This document shows positions 1 through 13,038 of a DNA stretch of 64,000 bases, one piece after another. The notes below the pieces were generated by a model. It ran no database searches and was not told the DNA's origin. It saw nothing but the letters and a program-made list of their open reading frames with translations. Position 1 is the first letter of the stretch. Every line of letters starts with the position of its first letter. The translations under genes and the position numbers were made by a program. Origin of the DNA: Podarcis bocagei (taxonomy: Eukaryota); assembly GCA_964188305.1 (NCBI GenBank), contig OZ076889.1; one strand, written 5' to 3'.

Positions 1-188
1 AGTTGGCATTTTGGGAGGAAGGTATTCCATCAGCTGATGCAGAGGCAGAAAGGGGAGTTTAGTCCTGCTTTCTGTAGCCGTGACTCTGCCTGACATCACA
101 CGGTGGGTGTGGTTTGCAGGAAATGTGGTGGGCCACGTTTGGCCAGCGGAACAGAGGTTCCCTGTCCTTCATGCATAAGAGTTGCATC

Positions 189-525
189 CTTCTTCTTCTT
201 CTTTGGCAATCACTCATAGCCGAAGAAGATTGTTTCCCATAAACACAGTTTTAACAGTGGGTCTGTGACTGTGGAGGCCAGTTCTGGATCCCCACATCCT
301 TCCACAGTGGGGACATAGGTTTCCATGCGGGAGTTGCTCACGGCGAGGGTTTGCCAAACATGCCTTCCTCTTAGCACATTTCTCTCTTTCATCCTGAGTT
401 TGAACGTCTTCAAAGCCCATGACACCTTTGGTAAAGGCTGTTCTCCAATTGGAGCGCTTGCAGGCCAGTGTTTCCCAGTTGTTGGTGTTTATACTACATT
501 TTTAAAGATTTGCCTTGAGAGTCTT
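189..525 (-). mobile_element. 3' end fragment of an RTE-clade LINE
   Basis: Minus-strand translation ...KRKACLANPRREQLPHGNLCPHCGRMWGSRTGLHSH resembles the C-terminal zinc-finger-like end of RTE ORF2. A short (GAA)n tail follows at about 189-201. Confidence 0.7.
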
Positions 526-1680
526 TAAACCTCTTTTGTTGACCACCAGCTCCATGTTGGAGTTGTGTAACATTTGTAAGCAGCTTAATGTGTGGTTCAG
601 CCTTACCTTGAGAGCAGTGTGTGCACCAGCCCCAGCAGCTGCCCGGAATATGGGGAGCTGGGCTGGAAACCACTGTTCACTTAAGGTGAGAGATCAACTC
701 CTCTGTAGGTATACCTTTTGCAACAGTTAAATTTTGGTGTGTGGTCACATCCCACAATGTAATAGCTTGTCATCCTTTGTATAAACAGATCTCGCTCTGG
801 GAACCTTAAAGGTTATCAGTGTTTTGTTTTGTTTTTTAAGTGACTCTAGTATTGGCAAGGTTTGACATCCCTAGAGAGCTTGGCTTGAAAAGGGGCATTA
901 TCAGGAACACCTGCAAGATAACTTGGCAGATAAGTTCTTCCTCTGGATTTTGCTTCACATAGGATATTGGGTGTTGCCAGAATCTCCCTTCTCTATAGCA
1001 AATATTCAGTGGCCGGTCCCTGTGAGAAGCTGCAGAGTTCAGGAGATTCAAATAGCAGTTCCCGGGGAGCAAAATTATTATTAGGACTGTGGCAAGGGGT
1101 GAAAGGGTTAAACTCTGTGGTCCGAGTGCTTCTTCCTCCCACACATACCCCCTACACTCAGCTGTTGCTTTCCTTTTGGCTGTGTTTGCCATGATGTACT
1201 GGATGCTTCTTTTTCCAGAAGAGGATGGAGACACAGGAATCCTTTTTTTAAAAAAAAAAGAACAATATTTGAAGACATGGGTGTTTTTCATTCTCGTTGT
1301 CTGCAACTTGTGGGTGGTTAGAATATTTGCAACCAAATTGTACCCTGAGATGAGTCAGCTGTATGGTTTCATTTTCACAAGACCCCACCCAGGACTGGTC
1401 TGGTGCAAGACTTTTATTGTTTGATTTATTGACAGTGCCCGTTTCTGCTTTCAAATGCAGCTTTAACGTTTGTATAACCAGATGTCTCTTTTAGGACGCC
1501 ACAGTATCACTATTCCTTAAAAGGGACCCGGCTGTTTTAAGTGTTGGCATTGCCCTCTGCAAGGATCAGCATTGCCTTATCTAGTCTGGCCTGGTGAGCT
1601 GCTTGACCATTGTCCTGATGGGAGTGAGGTGACACCCATCATGGTTTGCTAGCCATGGGCAATCTTATCTTATTCACAGT

Positions 1681-1995
1681 AAAGGTAAAGGGACCCCTGA
1701 CCATTAGGTCCAGTCGTGACCGACTCTGGGGTTGCAGCGCTCATCTCGCTTTATTGGCCGAGCATGACTAAGCCACTTCTCGCGAACCAGAGCAGCGCAC
1801 GGAAACGCCGTTTACCTTCCTGTGGGAGTGGTACCTATTTATCTACTTGCACTTTGACATGCTTTCGAATTGCTAGGGTTGGCAGGAGCAGGGACCAAAC
1901 AACGGGAGCTCACTCCATCGCAGGGATTCGAACCACCGACCTTCTGATCGGCAAGTCCTAGGCCCTGTGGTTTAACCCGCAGTGCCACCCGCGTC
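1681..1995 (-). mobile_element. Sauria SINE (internally deleted)
   Basis: Reverse complement starts GACGCGGGTGGCACTGCGGGTTAAACC, contains B-box GGTTCGAATCC, and ends in an ACCTTT tail. Same family as the copy at 10349. Confidence 0.9.
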
Positions 1996-3815
1996 AGGGC
2001 TGGGCAATATATCAATACATCATCCAAAACCAGTTTCAAGTTCATATCATATTTTTGACCTTGCAATATATTGTGAATCATGATTTGTGTGTACTACAGA
2101 AAAATCACAATGTGGGGAAAACCTTGGAGCCAGCCATTGCCTCTACATAGCTCCATCCTTATTTCAGACATTGTGATTTATCAGTATATCACAAAGTTTA
2201 GCTGGTGATATAGCATGTTGTTGAAAACCAGATGTCGCCTAACCCTAATTCGCATAGATAATCTGGTGAAATCTGTGCCTTGGGTCATCAACATCATGGA
2301 AAGTGTAGAGCAAGATATACTATGGCTGCCTTTGCATGTTACTGTAAACCATAAGCTGTGGCACACCATAAAGGAATAAATTTCACTCAATTTCCCTCCT
2401 CCCCATTAATGTTGGAATGAATCAAGCCACAATCCTTGGCTTAGCATTAAGTCGAAAATGGGTCTTGCTTTGTTTCATTCCCCGCAAACCACTGTTGGTA
2501 AGCCAAGAGCAAACCTGGGCCACAGATCATTGTTAACCACAGTTCTTAGTTCCAGTATAATGCTAAGCCAGGGACCAGGGGTTGTTTCCTCACAATGCTA
2601 GCGGCATTGGATAAATTGGATACATTGCATGCACAGTAAGTCATAGTTTGTGGCTTATTATTATGGGCAAACACAGCTAATATCTTACTGAACGGACAGT
2701 TGCTTAGATGTTCACTTTAAACAGCCTAACCTACTGAATGTACTCTTTGATGCAGCATCTTCCACCCCACCCTGCTCCCTCCATCTCATGAAAGAGTTAG
2801 ACCCCAAAAAGGCCAGGGGGAGGGGAAAGGGCTCTTTCAATGAAAGTTATGCTTAAGAATTCCATGGCACTTTGCATCTTCATACTATAATGCAGTTATT
2901 GATTAACTGATGCAAACAACTGTTTAACTTCTTGGAAACTTGAATGTGGTTTGCAGATAACGGTTCGGGAAATGTAGCATCCAGTCACATGACATTTCAG
3001 TTTCTACTTCATAGCTGCTTCCCTGAAGTTTGGAGATTTGGTGGTAAAAAATACATTTCTCACTCCTTGTTACAAATGACCAGGTTTCCTTTTGTGGTAG
3101 CATGTGCACCTCTGTAAAGTTTCCAAGTGGTAAATAAAATCATTTGCAGCCACCTAAAGAGCTTGTTGTGGTCATGTTTTAAGTTGTGCCGGGGAAAGAT
3201 TTGATAACACTACATACAGCACGGAGTTAACTTTTCACCTGATTTGCAGCCTAATATAAACTTCCACTTGGCCACGCTGGAGCCAACAGCGCCAAAGTTT
3301 TCAGCAATGTGTGTAAGATTTCAGGAGCACTGTATAGTTTTACCTCCATTTAATAGATGGCGGATTTAGAAGGGCAATCTGTGCAGGAAACTTGCTTCTG
3401 GACCCAAATGGCTCTTGCCCCATCAGAGGGTCATGAGAGGAAGGCAAAGGAAGGCACAGCTCTTCTGTATTAAGAAGTCTTTTAGCAAGATCCGATGCAT
3501 GCTTACTAGGAAGTAAGTCCCATATTCACCAAAGCTTACTCCCAAGGAAACATGCCTAGGATTGCAGCCTTCGATATACACGGGCTAAGTGGCCTATGAG
3601 GTTCACACACTTCAGTAAGGATGCTACATTTTTATGGTGCCCTTCCTGTGATGTCCTCAAGATGGAGCACATGGTCCCCTCTCCCCACATCCTCACAACA
3701 ATCTTGTGAGGTAGGTGAGGCTGAGAGTGGCTGGCATAAGGTCATCTAGTGAACTTCATGGTTGAGCTGAGATTTCAACTGGGGTTTCCTCAGGTCAGTG
3801 CTGTATCTACTGTGC

Positions 3816-4311
3816 CAGGCATGTCCAACTCCCAAGAGACTACGATCTACTCCCACTATTAAAAAAATCTGGCAGTGATCTACCCATTGGATTGACTGGG
3901 GGAGGCTTCACCTAAGTCAGGGGTCAGCAAGGTTTACCTCGCCTGGTCCGGTTCACACCTGGGCCGCAATTTCCTGCATCTGCACAGACACGATTTCCGG
4001 CATCGGCGTAGACATGATTTCTGGAGTCTGAGCATGCACAGACGCGATTTCTGGCACCGTGGAAGCTAGTCCCCACGCTGCACCAGTTTAGCGCAGTGCA
4101 CAGGGACTCCCCCAGTGGGTGGTTCATGGGGCAGTTCGTGGGCCGGTTAAAGGACCCCTGTGGGCCGCTTGTGGCCCATGGGCGCTAGGTTGCCTACCCC
4201 TGACCTAAGTTGTTGAGCTTTTTAAATATTTTTTTTTTAATTGTGAGATCGGTAAGTATCACACAATCACACAATCAACCAGGATCACAATCAACCAGTT
4301 GGACATGCCTG
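3816..4311. mobile_element. Non-autonomous hAT element (outer of a nested pair)
   Basis: TIRs CAGGCATGTCCAACT / AGTTGGACATGCCTG. 8-bp TSD TACTGTGC / TACTATGC. Confidence 0.85.
3918..4202. mobile_element. Non-autonomous hAT element nested in the previous one
   Basis: TIRs CAGGGGTCAGCAA / TTGCCTACCCCTG. Perfect 8-bp TSD ACCTAAGT at 3910-3917 and 4203-4210. Confidence 0.9.
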
Positions 4312-5849
4312 TACTATGCTACATGCTGGTTCTAACTTCATGGTAGAACAGTAGGATAGGTAGACCACCTATCCTACTGTTGGAACTGATAATCTTTAAA
4401 AATATCTTCACAAAGTACAAAAAAGTGGTTTGTTGTTGCTTATTTATTTTTTGCTTTGGGACCCAAAAATCCCTGCATATTAATACTACCTAATATAGAA
4501 TATACTAGAAGGCAGCCCTGTTTAGGGATGTTTTTAATATTTAATGCTGTATTGTTTTTAACACTCGATTGGGAGCCACCCAGAGTGGCTGGGGAAACTC
4601 AGCCAGATGGGTGGGGTATAAATAATAAATTATTATTAATTATTATTATAGGTTCAATAAATCAATCATCAAGACTACAAAAGGGAGCAAAGTCACTAAA
4701 TATATAATATTTGGGGGTTGACTGGCCTAAGACCATCTCACTCAACTCAGTCACCATCTTTAACCTTAGCTTTCAGCCCTGTATTCCCTTTCCCTCTCAG
4801 GACATCAGGCAAGCAAACAGGACCAACGGTGTCCCCTCCCCCGTTCACCACAGCCCAGGCACAAAGAGGGTAGCTCCCTGTCCTTGCCCCAGTGTAAAAG
4901 GAAATGCTTGCTCTTGCTGAAAGATGGGATGGAATCTTTTTCCTTTCTGAACGTCCTAGTTAAAGCTGGGAATTCTAATGTGACTAGTCTAAAAGCTGTC
5001 CATTTGGCTAAATGAACAGAGGTGTGCACACTTGTGTTTTCCGATACGGAAAGTCAAACTGAGTGGAGATGGTAAAATCCTTGCTGAGCAGACTCTGCAC
5101 TTGACTGTACTTGTCCAAAATCCATGGAATGTGCCTTGTCTAATCTCGCTAGTTGTGTCTGCAGTCTGGGTGCATAGCCTAACCTAATCATTTGGCAGTA
5201 GACCCAGATCTCCATTGAACATCTGAAAAAAAATAGCTGGCAGAAGACTGAATTTCCAGCAGTGGGGAAGGGTTAAGCATCTCTCTTCCTGCCTTCCCAC
5301 TTCATTTCACTCCCCTGCCAGCTGTTTGCGCCCCACAAGCTGGGATTCCAAGGCTCCTGTTTGCCTGCTAATAGGAGCTGGAGGATGAGGGTGAGTGCAG
5401 GGGAAAGAGTTGACTCCTTCCTCCCACCCCCACCTTCTCTCTGTCAAATTGTGGTCTTCCTTTCCCTTCTACTTTGAGGCATCAGAGGCCTGCATTAAAC
5501 CCTGATTTCCAGTATGACATGTCCCTAGGGCCTTTCACAGGATTTTTGCAGCTTTAAAGAAAGCCCAACGCTGAGAGGAGAATTGAGTAACGACAGAGCT
5601 TTCCAGACTCGCCTCTCTGCTGAATGTCTAGCTTGGGCTCTGATGCAGAGCAAAGAGGGAGCTGTCGCAGGGATCTTCCTATAAATGTTGATGGACTCAC
5701 AACTCACATCAAACTCAGCCAGCATGGCCAATGGGCAGGGTTGATGGGAGTTGTAGTTCACCAACATCTGAAGAGCTACAGGTTCCTCATTCCTTATAGA
5801 GCTTCATGGATGTGCCATCAGTAAATTGGCATTCTCTGTGTTTCTATTA

Positions 5850-6079
5850 CAGTGGTACCTCTGGTTACATACTTAATTTGTTCCGGAGGTCCAAATTGTT
5901 CTTAACCTGAAGCACCACTTTAGCTAATGGGACCTCCTGCTGCTGCCACACCACCTCCACGCGATTTCTGTTCTCATCCTGAAGCAAGGTTCTTAACCCG
6001 AGGTGATATTTCTGGGTTAGCGGAGTCTGTAACCTGAAGCGTATGTAACCTGAAGTGTATGTAACCCGAGGTACCACTG
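5850..6079. mobile_element. Tc1/mariner (Tigger-like) MITE, family A
   Basis: CAGTGGTACCT...AGGTACCACTG TIRs flanked by TA. Homologous copies at 28102 and 55999. Confidence 0.9.
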
Positions 6080-7532
6080 TACTTAGTTGTTCAGTCCTCA
6101 GCCACTACGTTTTCAGCTTCGACCCTCTTCACAACTGTGACAATTAAGGCAGTAGACCTTAGAAAAGTTGGATTTTTCCAAGTCTGTACAGCCACACCTA
6201 GCTTTGAGATGGAGTGTCAGAGAACAGTTAGTCTTCCTTATTTTTTTTTAAAAAAACCACAACAGTATCTTCCCCACCTCCTTGCTCCATTTGTATCTGT
6301 AGACGGAATTCCAGAATGCCACACCTTGTCTGTTTCCCGTCTTTCCTTGTTACCTGTAACAAAAACAGAAGTGAATCTCTGCCAGGGGTGAATCTACACT
6401 GAGTCAGGCGGTGCTTAGCTGGAAACAGCCCAGTTCCATGAAACCGAAAGAGATTAGAGTAATTAAATCCAAGTGCAAATTTGCTAAACTGATACAAGCC
6501 TGAGATTTGGGATTCCTCAAAACGGATGTGAGTCAACCGCTGCCATTGTTCTCCAGTGAAATTTTGCTTTGGTATATGTGCAACAGTTAAGGGTGTCCCT
6601 GTGCCAGAGGACAAGGCTCCTGCACCTTTAAGTAGTTATACAGAGGAAGAAAATTCAGCAGGTGCAGCTGATCAGGAATCTGATGCCTCAAAGTAGTTCA
6701 CCTTGGGGCCAACTAGATGCAACTTAGTGTGTAAGTTTTTTGTTATATAAATAAGCAGCCACAAGGAAGCCTGAGCACCTTGGACCCTTGGGGTTAAAGA
6801 GTGTTGCTGTTGTTCTAAACCTACAGTATTTCTCTTCCTACCAGCGCTGCAAAAATCACTTCTCCAAACCTGCTATTTGCATTCCAAGGGAAATTCTCAT
6901 TGGGGCAATTGAATGTCATGTCTAGTTCAGTCCTTCACAGAATGGACAAACATGAAGACTAGCATATTACAATGCAGATGAAGCAATTATTAAATTGCAG
7001 AAATAATTTTTTTAAGGACCTTAAATACTGTTTATTAAAGTCATTAAAAGCACAAGAGAACAGGATGGGCTTGGGCTGGTACCTAAAAGATAGAAAATGA
7101 AGTGCTGGTGAATTTTAGGGAAGGAGCTTGGATGGATGCCACCACAGAAAAGGCCCTGTCTCCCACTGCTACTTGCTTAGCCTTCAAAGGGGGAAACCCC
7201 GGGAAGGGTCTCGAAAGCAGATCTCAGTTGGTGGCCAGGTTCATGTGGGAGAAGGCAGTTGAGTTCAGCTCCCATATATAGCAAGGATGGGGACTCCGTG
7301 ACCCTCCAGACATTGTTGGACTCCATCTCCCATCAGCCCCAGCCAGTGTGGCCAGTGGTCAAGTAGGAGGGCCACAGGTTCTCTAACTTTGCCCTAATAA
7401 ATGCAATCCGATCAGAGTAAATATGCAGAAGATCAGGCTGCATTTCCTGGGAGCTGGAGCATCTGGAATACCACATGTTCTGCTCTAGATGGAGGTGCCT
7501 GTTTTCTTATCCTCCTTGTTGCCCTTTTGCAG

Positions 7533-7668
7533 AAGACCAGGTGGCACAGCAGACAGAAGAGGTCTTCCAGAGCTATGTTTTCTATCGATACCAACAGGAG
7601 CAGGAGCAGACTGGGCAGGAAGCGCCAATAGATCCAGAAATAGCTGTGATGCAGCCGGAGCATGACAA
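7533..7668 (+). CDS. BAK1: BAK1 internal coding exon (136 nt; EDQVAQQTEEVFQSYVFYRYQQEQ...)
   Basis: Acceptor cttttgcag, donor AA|gtaaga. The peptide matches BAK helix alpha1. Confidence 0.96.
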
Positions 7669-7765
7669 GTAAGAGCACATATTTGAAACCTATACCCAAA
7701 ATACAAGCCGTATGCCAGTCTGCCTCCACAGGCATGTCTAACACGGTCATTCGTCTCTTGGGCAG

Positions 7766-7909
7766 CATCAACAACCAAGTGGGCAGGCGCCTGGCCACCA
7801 TAGGGGATGACATCAATGCACGGTATGACAGCGAGTTCTCTGAGATGCTGAAGTCACTGAAGCCCTCCAGGGACAATGCCTATGAGTACTTCATCAAAAT
7901 AGCCTCCAG
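7766..7909 (+). CDS. BAK1: BAK1 BH3 exon (144 nt; NQVGRRLATIGDDINARY...AYEYFIKIAS)
   Basis: BH3 motif LxxIGDDIN. ag/gt boundaries are in phase with neighbouring exons, and a 97-nt intron lies upstream. Confidence 0.97.
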
Positions 7910-10348
7910 GTAGGTCTCCCAGACTCTACTTCTCCCTCCCCAAAAAGTGAGAGGCTGGCTCAGTTTTCTGATATGAAGAGTTCTCAGATGTTGCTCTGTT
8001 AGGTTCCCTCATAAGAAGAGGGAGAAGATTGAGACAAATTTTGGGCTTGTTGCTTTAATGTAGTTTGCTTTGATTTTATTGATGTTGTTTTGGTTTTAAT
8101 TGAGATTGTTTTTTTTAAAAAAAATCTATTTAGTTAAATAAAAACATATACATCAATAACCTACAACAATAAAGAAATAAAGGACAACAGTATAACTGAA
8201 CAAAAATTAAACATACACAAGACGTATAGAGAGAGATTTGGGTCATTGCATTCACATTCTCTGGAAAAAGAATAATGATAATGATGGCAACAATTGGTGT
8301 TGGAGGACAGCAACTTTAAAAACGTACTTGTTTCATTTATAAATATCAGGCTATTGTCCTCCGGGTCTTACGATGTTCGTGCAGCTGAAAAGTTACTAAG
8401 AATTGCAAATAGTAGCATATTTCACAAAAGTCATTACAGAAAAGTGGGTGATTAAAACAGGGGAGTAAGTGTGGACTCGATATGTAACTGCAGTTTTTAG
8501 GAAGGGACTTTGTACCCATTTTTGGTCCTTATTAAGGAAAAAATGCTGCCACTACAAGGATTCCATCTTGACTGTCATTTTCTGACCCACACAGCTTTAA
8601 TTGCATGTTCACAGCAATTGTGTGATCAAGGTAGGAGGTTTTGCAGAAACTCTGCTCAAAGTAGTGAGCCAAACACCTGGACCCTCCCCATGCCATGTTG
8701 CAAAGTGAAGGGATCAACCCATTCCCTCTTGCCAAGTTCTTTCTAAACCAGCAGGCAGGTAGGGAAATTACCATAGGTGGTCTGGCAACAAGCAGCTTTG
8801 TTGCAGCCTAGAGCTTGTCCATGGTGGTCAGTTGCCAAAAGAAGGATTTGGGTCAGAGGTCTCCCTCATAATTCTCTTTCTGCTCCCTGACCCACAGCGC
8901 ATACATGCCTATAGACGGGTGCACCCATACTCGTTCCCTGTGAATGTTGTTTAACTGTCTCTTGTGTCCTCTCTTCCTGCTCTCCCCTCCTTGGGAAGCC
9001 AAGCAGCGTTGCTCTCACCCCTTTGCCACCTTGAGGTGGTCAGTGTACTGCAACCAGGTAAATTAACCTACAGTGCTTTCTCTTCCCTCTCTTTCAGTGA
9101 TGATGTGTGTGTGAACTCTCTCCATTCCATACTATGCCTGCTGAGATTTTTACAATGGCACACAAATCTTCAAGGTTATGCAACCTAATGAGACATGCTT
9201 CCATGTTTAAGTCTCATTTTGTCTTATAATTCTGGTTTTTTTAAAAAAAAAACCACAACAACCATCACAAAAATAATGATAATCCTGTTGTGATTTTTTT
9301 ATTATTCTGCCAGTCAGCCAAAGGGGTTCTCTGAGCAGCTAACAATCAAGTTGAAATGCATGTAAAATTCAGTTAAATATTAGCCAAGTTGACTGGCAAA
9401 CGTCTCTGAGCATCCTGCAAAAAGAGGTGGCATAGTTCTATAGATGGTGCCACCTCAGAAAAGGCCCTACTTCTTCCCCCTAAAGACTGTGGTACCTAGA
9501 GCAGAGCTATCCAGAAGATTTAAGTGCCAGAGCAGGCATCATATGGGATGTGTCTTGCTGTTTATGTGGATAGCAATTCTCAGCTTTCACAAGTCTTATT
9601 TTTCCCCTTTTCTTCTTGGATGCCAAAGGCATCCAAGTGTGCGCTGCTTTGCTTCTAGAGTGAACACTGTTTTCCTTCAACCATGTTGCTGGCCCTTGAA
9701 CACAGGGTCAGATTTATTTGCTGGGTTGTTCAACTGTAGATTATGGACATCTCCAGTGTAAATGGTGCCATGGGTTGCAACTGAGGATAGGATTTGCCAC
9801 AACCCATCACTTTTTGTGCTTTTCATTGCCACAGACCAGTGCTTGTACTTCGCAGTATGAACATAATGTGGTGTTGCAGCTGTACAAACAGAAGAAAATT
9901 TGTTTTCTGTTTAGATGAAATTACGTGACTGAGCCTTAACCCTGTTCCAATATGACTTTTGGAAGCAGATCTCCTTATATTCTTATTTTTATAATATTTA
10001 TTACTTACCCTTTGCCAGCAGGTCCCAAGGCAGGTTACAACAATCTAAAATTCGGAATTAAAACAGCTAAGGCAGTACAGGCTTGGCCTGTGCATTCAAG
10101 CAGAATTTAGGGGAGAGAGGTACCATTTGAAGCCACAGGTGGGGAGTACTATATTTGCGTGTTTGTGCTTTTAAGTGTAAATTTATTACAAAGTTGTTTC
10201 TTCATTTTTATTTGTATGAATATTAGTATATTTGTATGAATATTATATATATTTAAAAAGTCATCATCACCTGCAGTCTGAAATGACAGTCCATTCTGCC
10301 GTCTTGGGATGCTTCTACCTCTTTTTATTGCATGTTATAGAAGGAGCA

Positions 10349-10713
10349 GGGACGCGGGTGGCGCTGTGGGTAAAACCTCAGTGCCTAGGACTTGTCGATC
10401 GAAAGGTCGGCGGTTCGAATCCCCACAGTGGGGTGAGCTCCCGTCGTTCGATCCCAGCTCCTTCCCACCTAGCAGTTCGAAAGCATCCCTAAGTGCAAGT
10501 AGATAAAATAGGTACCGCTTTATAGCGGGAAGGTAAACGGCATTTCCGTGCGCTGTGCTGGTGCTGGCTCACCAGAGCAGCTTCGTCACGCTGGCCACGT
10601 GACCCGGAAGTGTCTTCGGACAGCGCTGGCCCCCGGCCTCTTAAGCGAGATGAGCACGCAACCCCAGTCAGTCACGACTGGCCCGTACGGGCAGGGGTAC
10701 CTTTACCTTTACC
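10349..10713 (+). mobile_element. Full-length Sauria SINE in BAK1 intron
   Basis: tRNA-like head GGGACGCGGGTGGCGCTGTGG, B-box GGTTCGAATCC, (ACCTTT)n tail. 14-bp TSD TTATAGAAGGAGCA at 10335-10348 and 10714-10727. Confidence 0.95.
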
Positions 10714-11505
10714 TTATAGAAGGAGCACCTCTCCCAGTATCTCCCACCTCAAGTCTTACAATCTGTGGAGGAGGCCCTACTCCTGGTCCCACCTAACATG
10801 GTGACTTGGGGTAGGGCCTTCTCTACTGTGGCCTCCCAGCTGTGGATTGGCCACACATTTTCGTAGTCAAGTAAACGACTTCTTTGTTCTGTTAGGCGTT
10901 TGGGGAGGAGTGAGCTGAGAATTGTTCTTCATCGTGATTCTTAACTGTAAGATAGATGTTTTCATGGTCTCTGGTCCCCCCCGCCCAAATATATATTTGC
11001 TGTGTTGCTGTATTTATCATTTGCTGTACACAGCCCAGGGATCCCTTTATGATGAAGGGTAGATTAGAAACAGAATGAATGATTGCAGCCTCACTTCCAG
11101 AGGAGTTGCAGCCCGTGAGAAGCCCATGTGGCTGGCCTTCCGGGACGCACACTTCTCAGCTGTAGAAAAGTACCTGAATAGAAAGTATCTACATTTTAGT
11201 AATCTGTGTACATTTGGATTCTTGGGAGGAACAGCTTGAACAAGATCCAAGTGACTGAAGGCATATACACAGCCTTTTCCCCCCTTGACGATATAATAGT
11301 CTTGTTAAATATGCCTTGTGCCTTAGCACTGCTCAAGGGAAGACGCTAGCATGCTGTTGAATGGTGAGGGGGCAGGTCAGAAAGTTGCTTTTAATGCTAC
11401 AGCAGCAGACTGCGAACAAGCTGTGCCTCAGTAGAGGGTAGCAAAGGGCTGGCCATAAAACGTAGCCTGAATTTTCTAAGAATAATAATATGGTCTCTTC
11501 CGCAG

Positions 11506-11686
11506 TTTGTTTGAGAGTGGCATCAACTGGGGTCGTGTGATAGCACTGCTGGGCTTCGGCTACAGGATGGCAATCCATGTGTACCAGCAGGGGTTGACCG
11601 GCTTCCTAAGCAGGATCGCCCGCTACATGGCTGACTTTGTGCTTAGAAACCGCATTGCCCAGTGGATTGCCCAACAGGGAGGATGG
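11506..11686 (+). CDS. BAK1: BAK1 BH1/BH2 exon (181 nt; LFESGINWGRVIALLGFGY...WIAQQGGW)
   Basis: NWGR (BH1) and GGW (BH2) motifs. Acceptor cttccgcag, donor TGG|gtaagt. Confidence 0.97.
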
Positions 11687-12061
11687 GTAAGTGAACCGGA
11701 GAGCTGTCAAAGATGAGTGGGTTGGTTTTTTTAAAAACACACACACACATTTCTTTTACTATGAAAGTATGCTGGGACTGATCTGGGGTAGGCAGGAGTG
11801 GGCGCAGTAGGGCAGTGCCAGGCTGCTTCCCTCCCAACAGTGGAGTCATTGCTGTCTACTGAGAAGGTGTTGGGGGAGAGATCAGGGCTGTGCAGGGCCT
11901 TGGGGGTATGTGCCAGATCAACACTGCTGGTGCACCTTCCTGGCATCTAACTTTTCTTTCAGGGAGTGGGGAAATACATGCCAAGAAATTGCTGTGGTTA
12001 CCCTGGAATGGGTCCTCCCAACATTTCTGCAGGTAACAGTATTTTTTCCCTCCTCCTCTAG

Positions 12062-12169
12062 GCGGCAGCACTGGACTTAAGCAACGTTTACTGGAAGTAC
12101 GTGGTGACAGTGGCCGCCGTGATTTTGCTGGGCCACTTTGTGGTGCGGCGCTTCTTCAACAACCAGTGA
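12062..12169 (+). CDS. BAK1: BAK1 last coding exon (AAALDLSNVYWKYVVTVAAVILLGHFVVRRFFNNQ*)
   Basis: Polypyrimidine acceptor ...cctctag. Encodes the C-terminal TM anchor followed by VVRRFF. TGA at 12167-12169. Not in the ORF track. Confidence 0.96.
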   Translation, partial: AAALDLSNVYWKYVVTVAAVILLGHFVVRRFFNNQ

Positions 12170-12805
12170 CCGGGAAGGAGAGTGTCACTGGCCGTTTGCA
12201 TCCCAGCCACTGACTCGCTCCTGGGAGGTGACACTTGTCAAGGAGGAGTCAGGAAACAACCAAAGGAAGCCAGATGGTTCTTTATCACCTTCCAATATGA
12301 CACCAGCTTATTAACCATCCACATGGAGATTTCAAACACAAGAAATCCACAGCATAGTATTTAAAAAGGTGGAACTGAGTATGGGAGAGGATTTATTACT
12401 TCAAGAGACCACTGGGGGGGGGGGGTTGAGAAAACAATAGGTTGGTTACATTCACAGTGTTGCCAGAGGAAAAGCCTCCCTGAAATCTCTTAAGGAGGAC
12501 AAGTCCTTTTCCAGAACGTTCTCAGGGCCAGCATAATCTCAGCTTTTGCAATTCCATTGCTAAAGAAAGCAGAAGGTCAAGCAGCATGCACAGCACTGTT
12601 GTTTGCTCAGTACAGCTGTCAATTCTTCCACTGCCTTATGCTTTTCTAGTGCTGAAAGAATCATGTGGCTGATTGGGAGATCATGTAGATTTGCTCCTGG
12701 GTTATCAGCATGAGTAGCACCTTCTAAGATCTGTAGATGTACACCTAGACAAAGCCTATCCCAGAAGGAGCGGCCGAGTGAGACAATGTCTAAAATATTT
12801 CATTA

Positions 12806-13038
12806 CAGTGGAACCTCGGTTTTCGAACATAATCCATTCCAGAAGACTGTTCGACTTCTGAAACGTTCAAAAACTGAGGAGCAATGGGCAGTCAGCAAAA
12901 TCTACTAAGAAAATTGAAAAACACGCAGTGGAAGCCGTTCGACTTCTGAGGTGCATTTGAAAATGGAAGCAATTACTTCCGGGTTTTCGGCATTCGAAAA
13001 CCAAAGCGTTCGGCTTCCGAGATGCTGAGGTTCCACTG
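12806..13038. mobile_element. Tc1/mariner MITE (family C) in the presumed BAK1 3' UTR
   Basis: CAGTGGAACCTC...GAGGTTCCACTG TIRs with TA TSD. Confidence 0.85.

Noticed and set aside
836-1424. 166-aa and hydrophobic 111-aa ORFs
   Set aside because: No homology recognised and no consistent exon structure. Probably BAK1 intronic sequence.
4801-4869. Possible missing first coding exon of BAK1
   Set aside because: It has a strong acceptor but no ATG, a weak donor and no similarity to the MASG... N-terminus. The true exon is probably upstream of the window.
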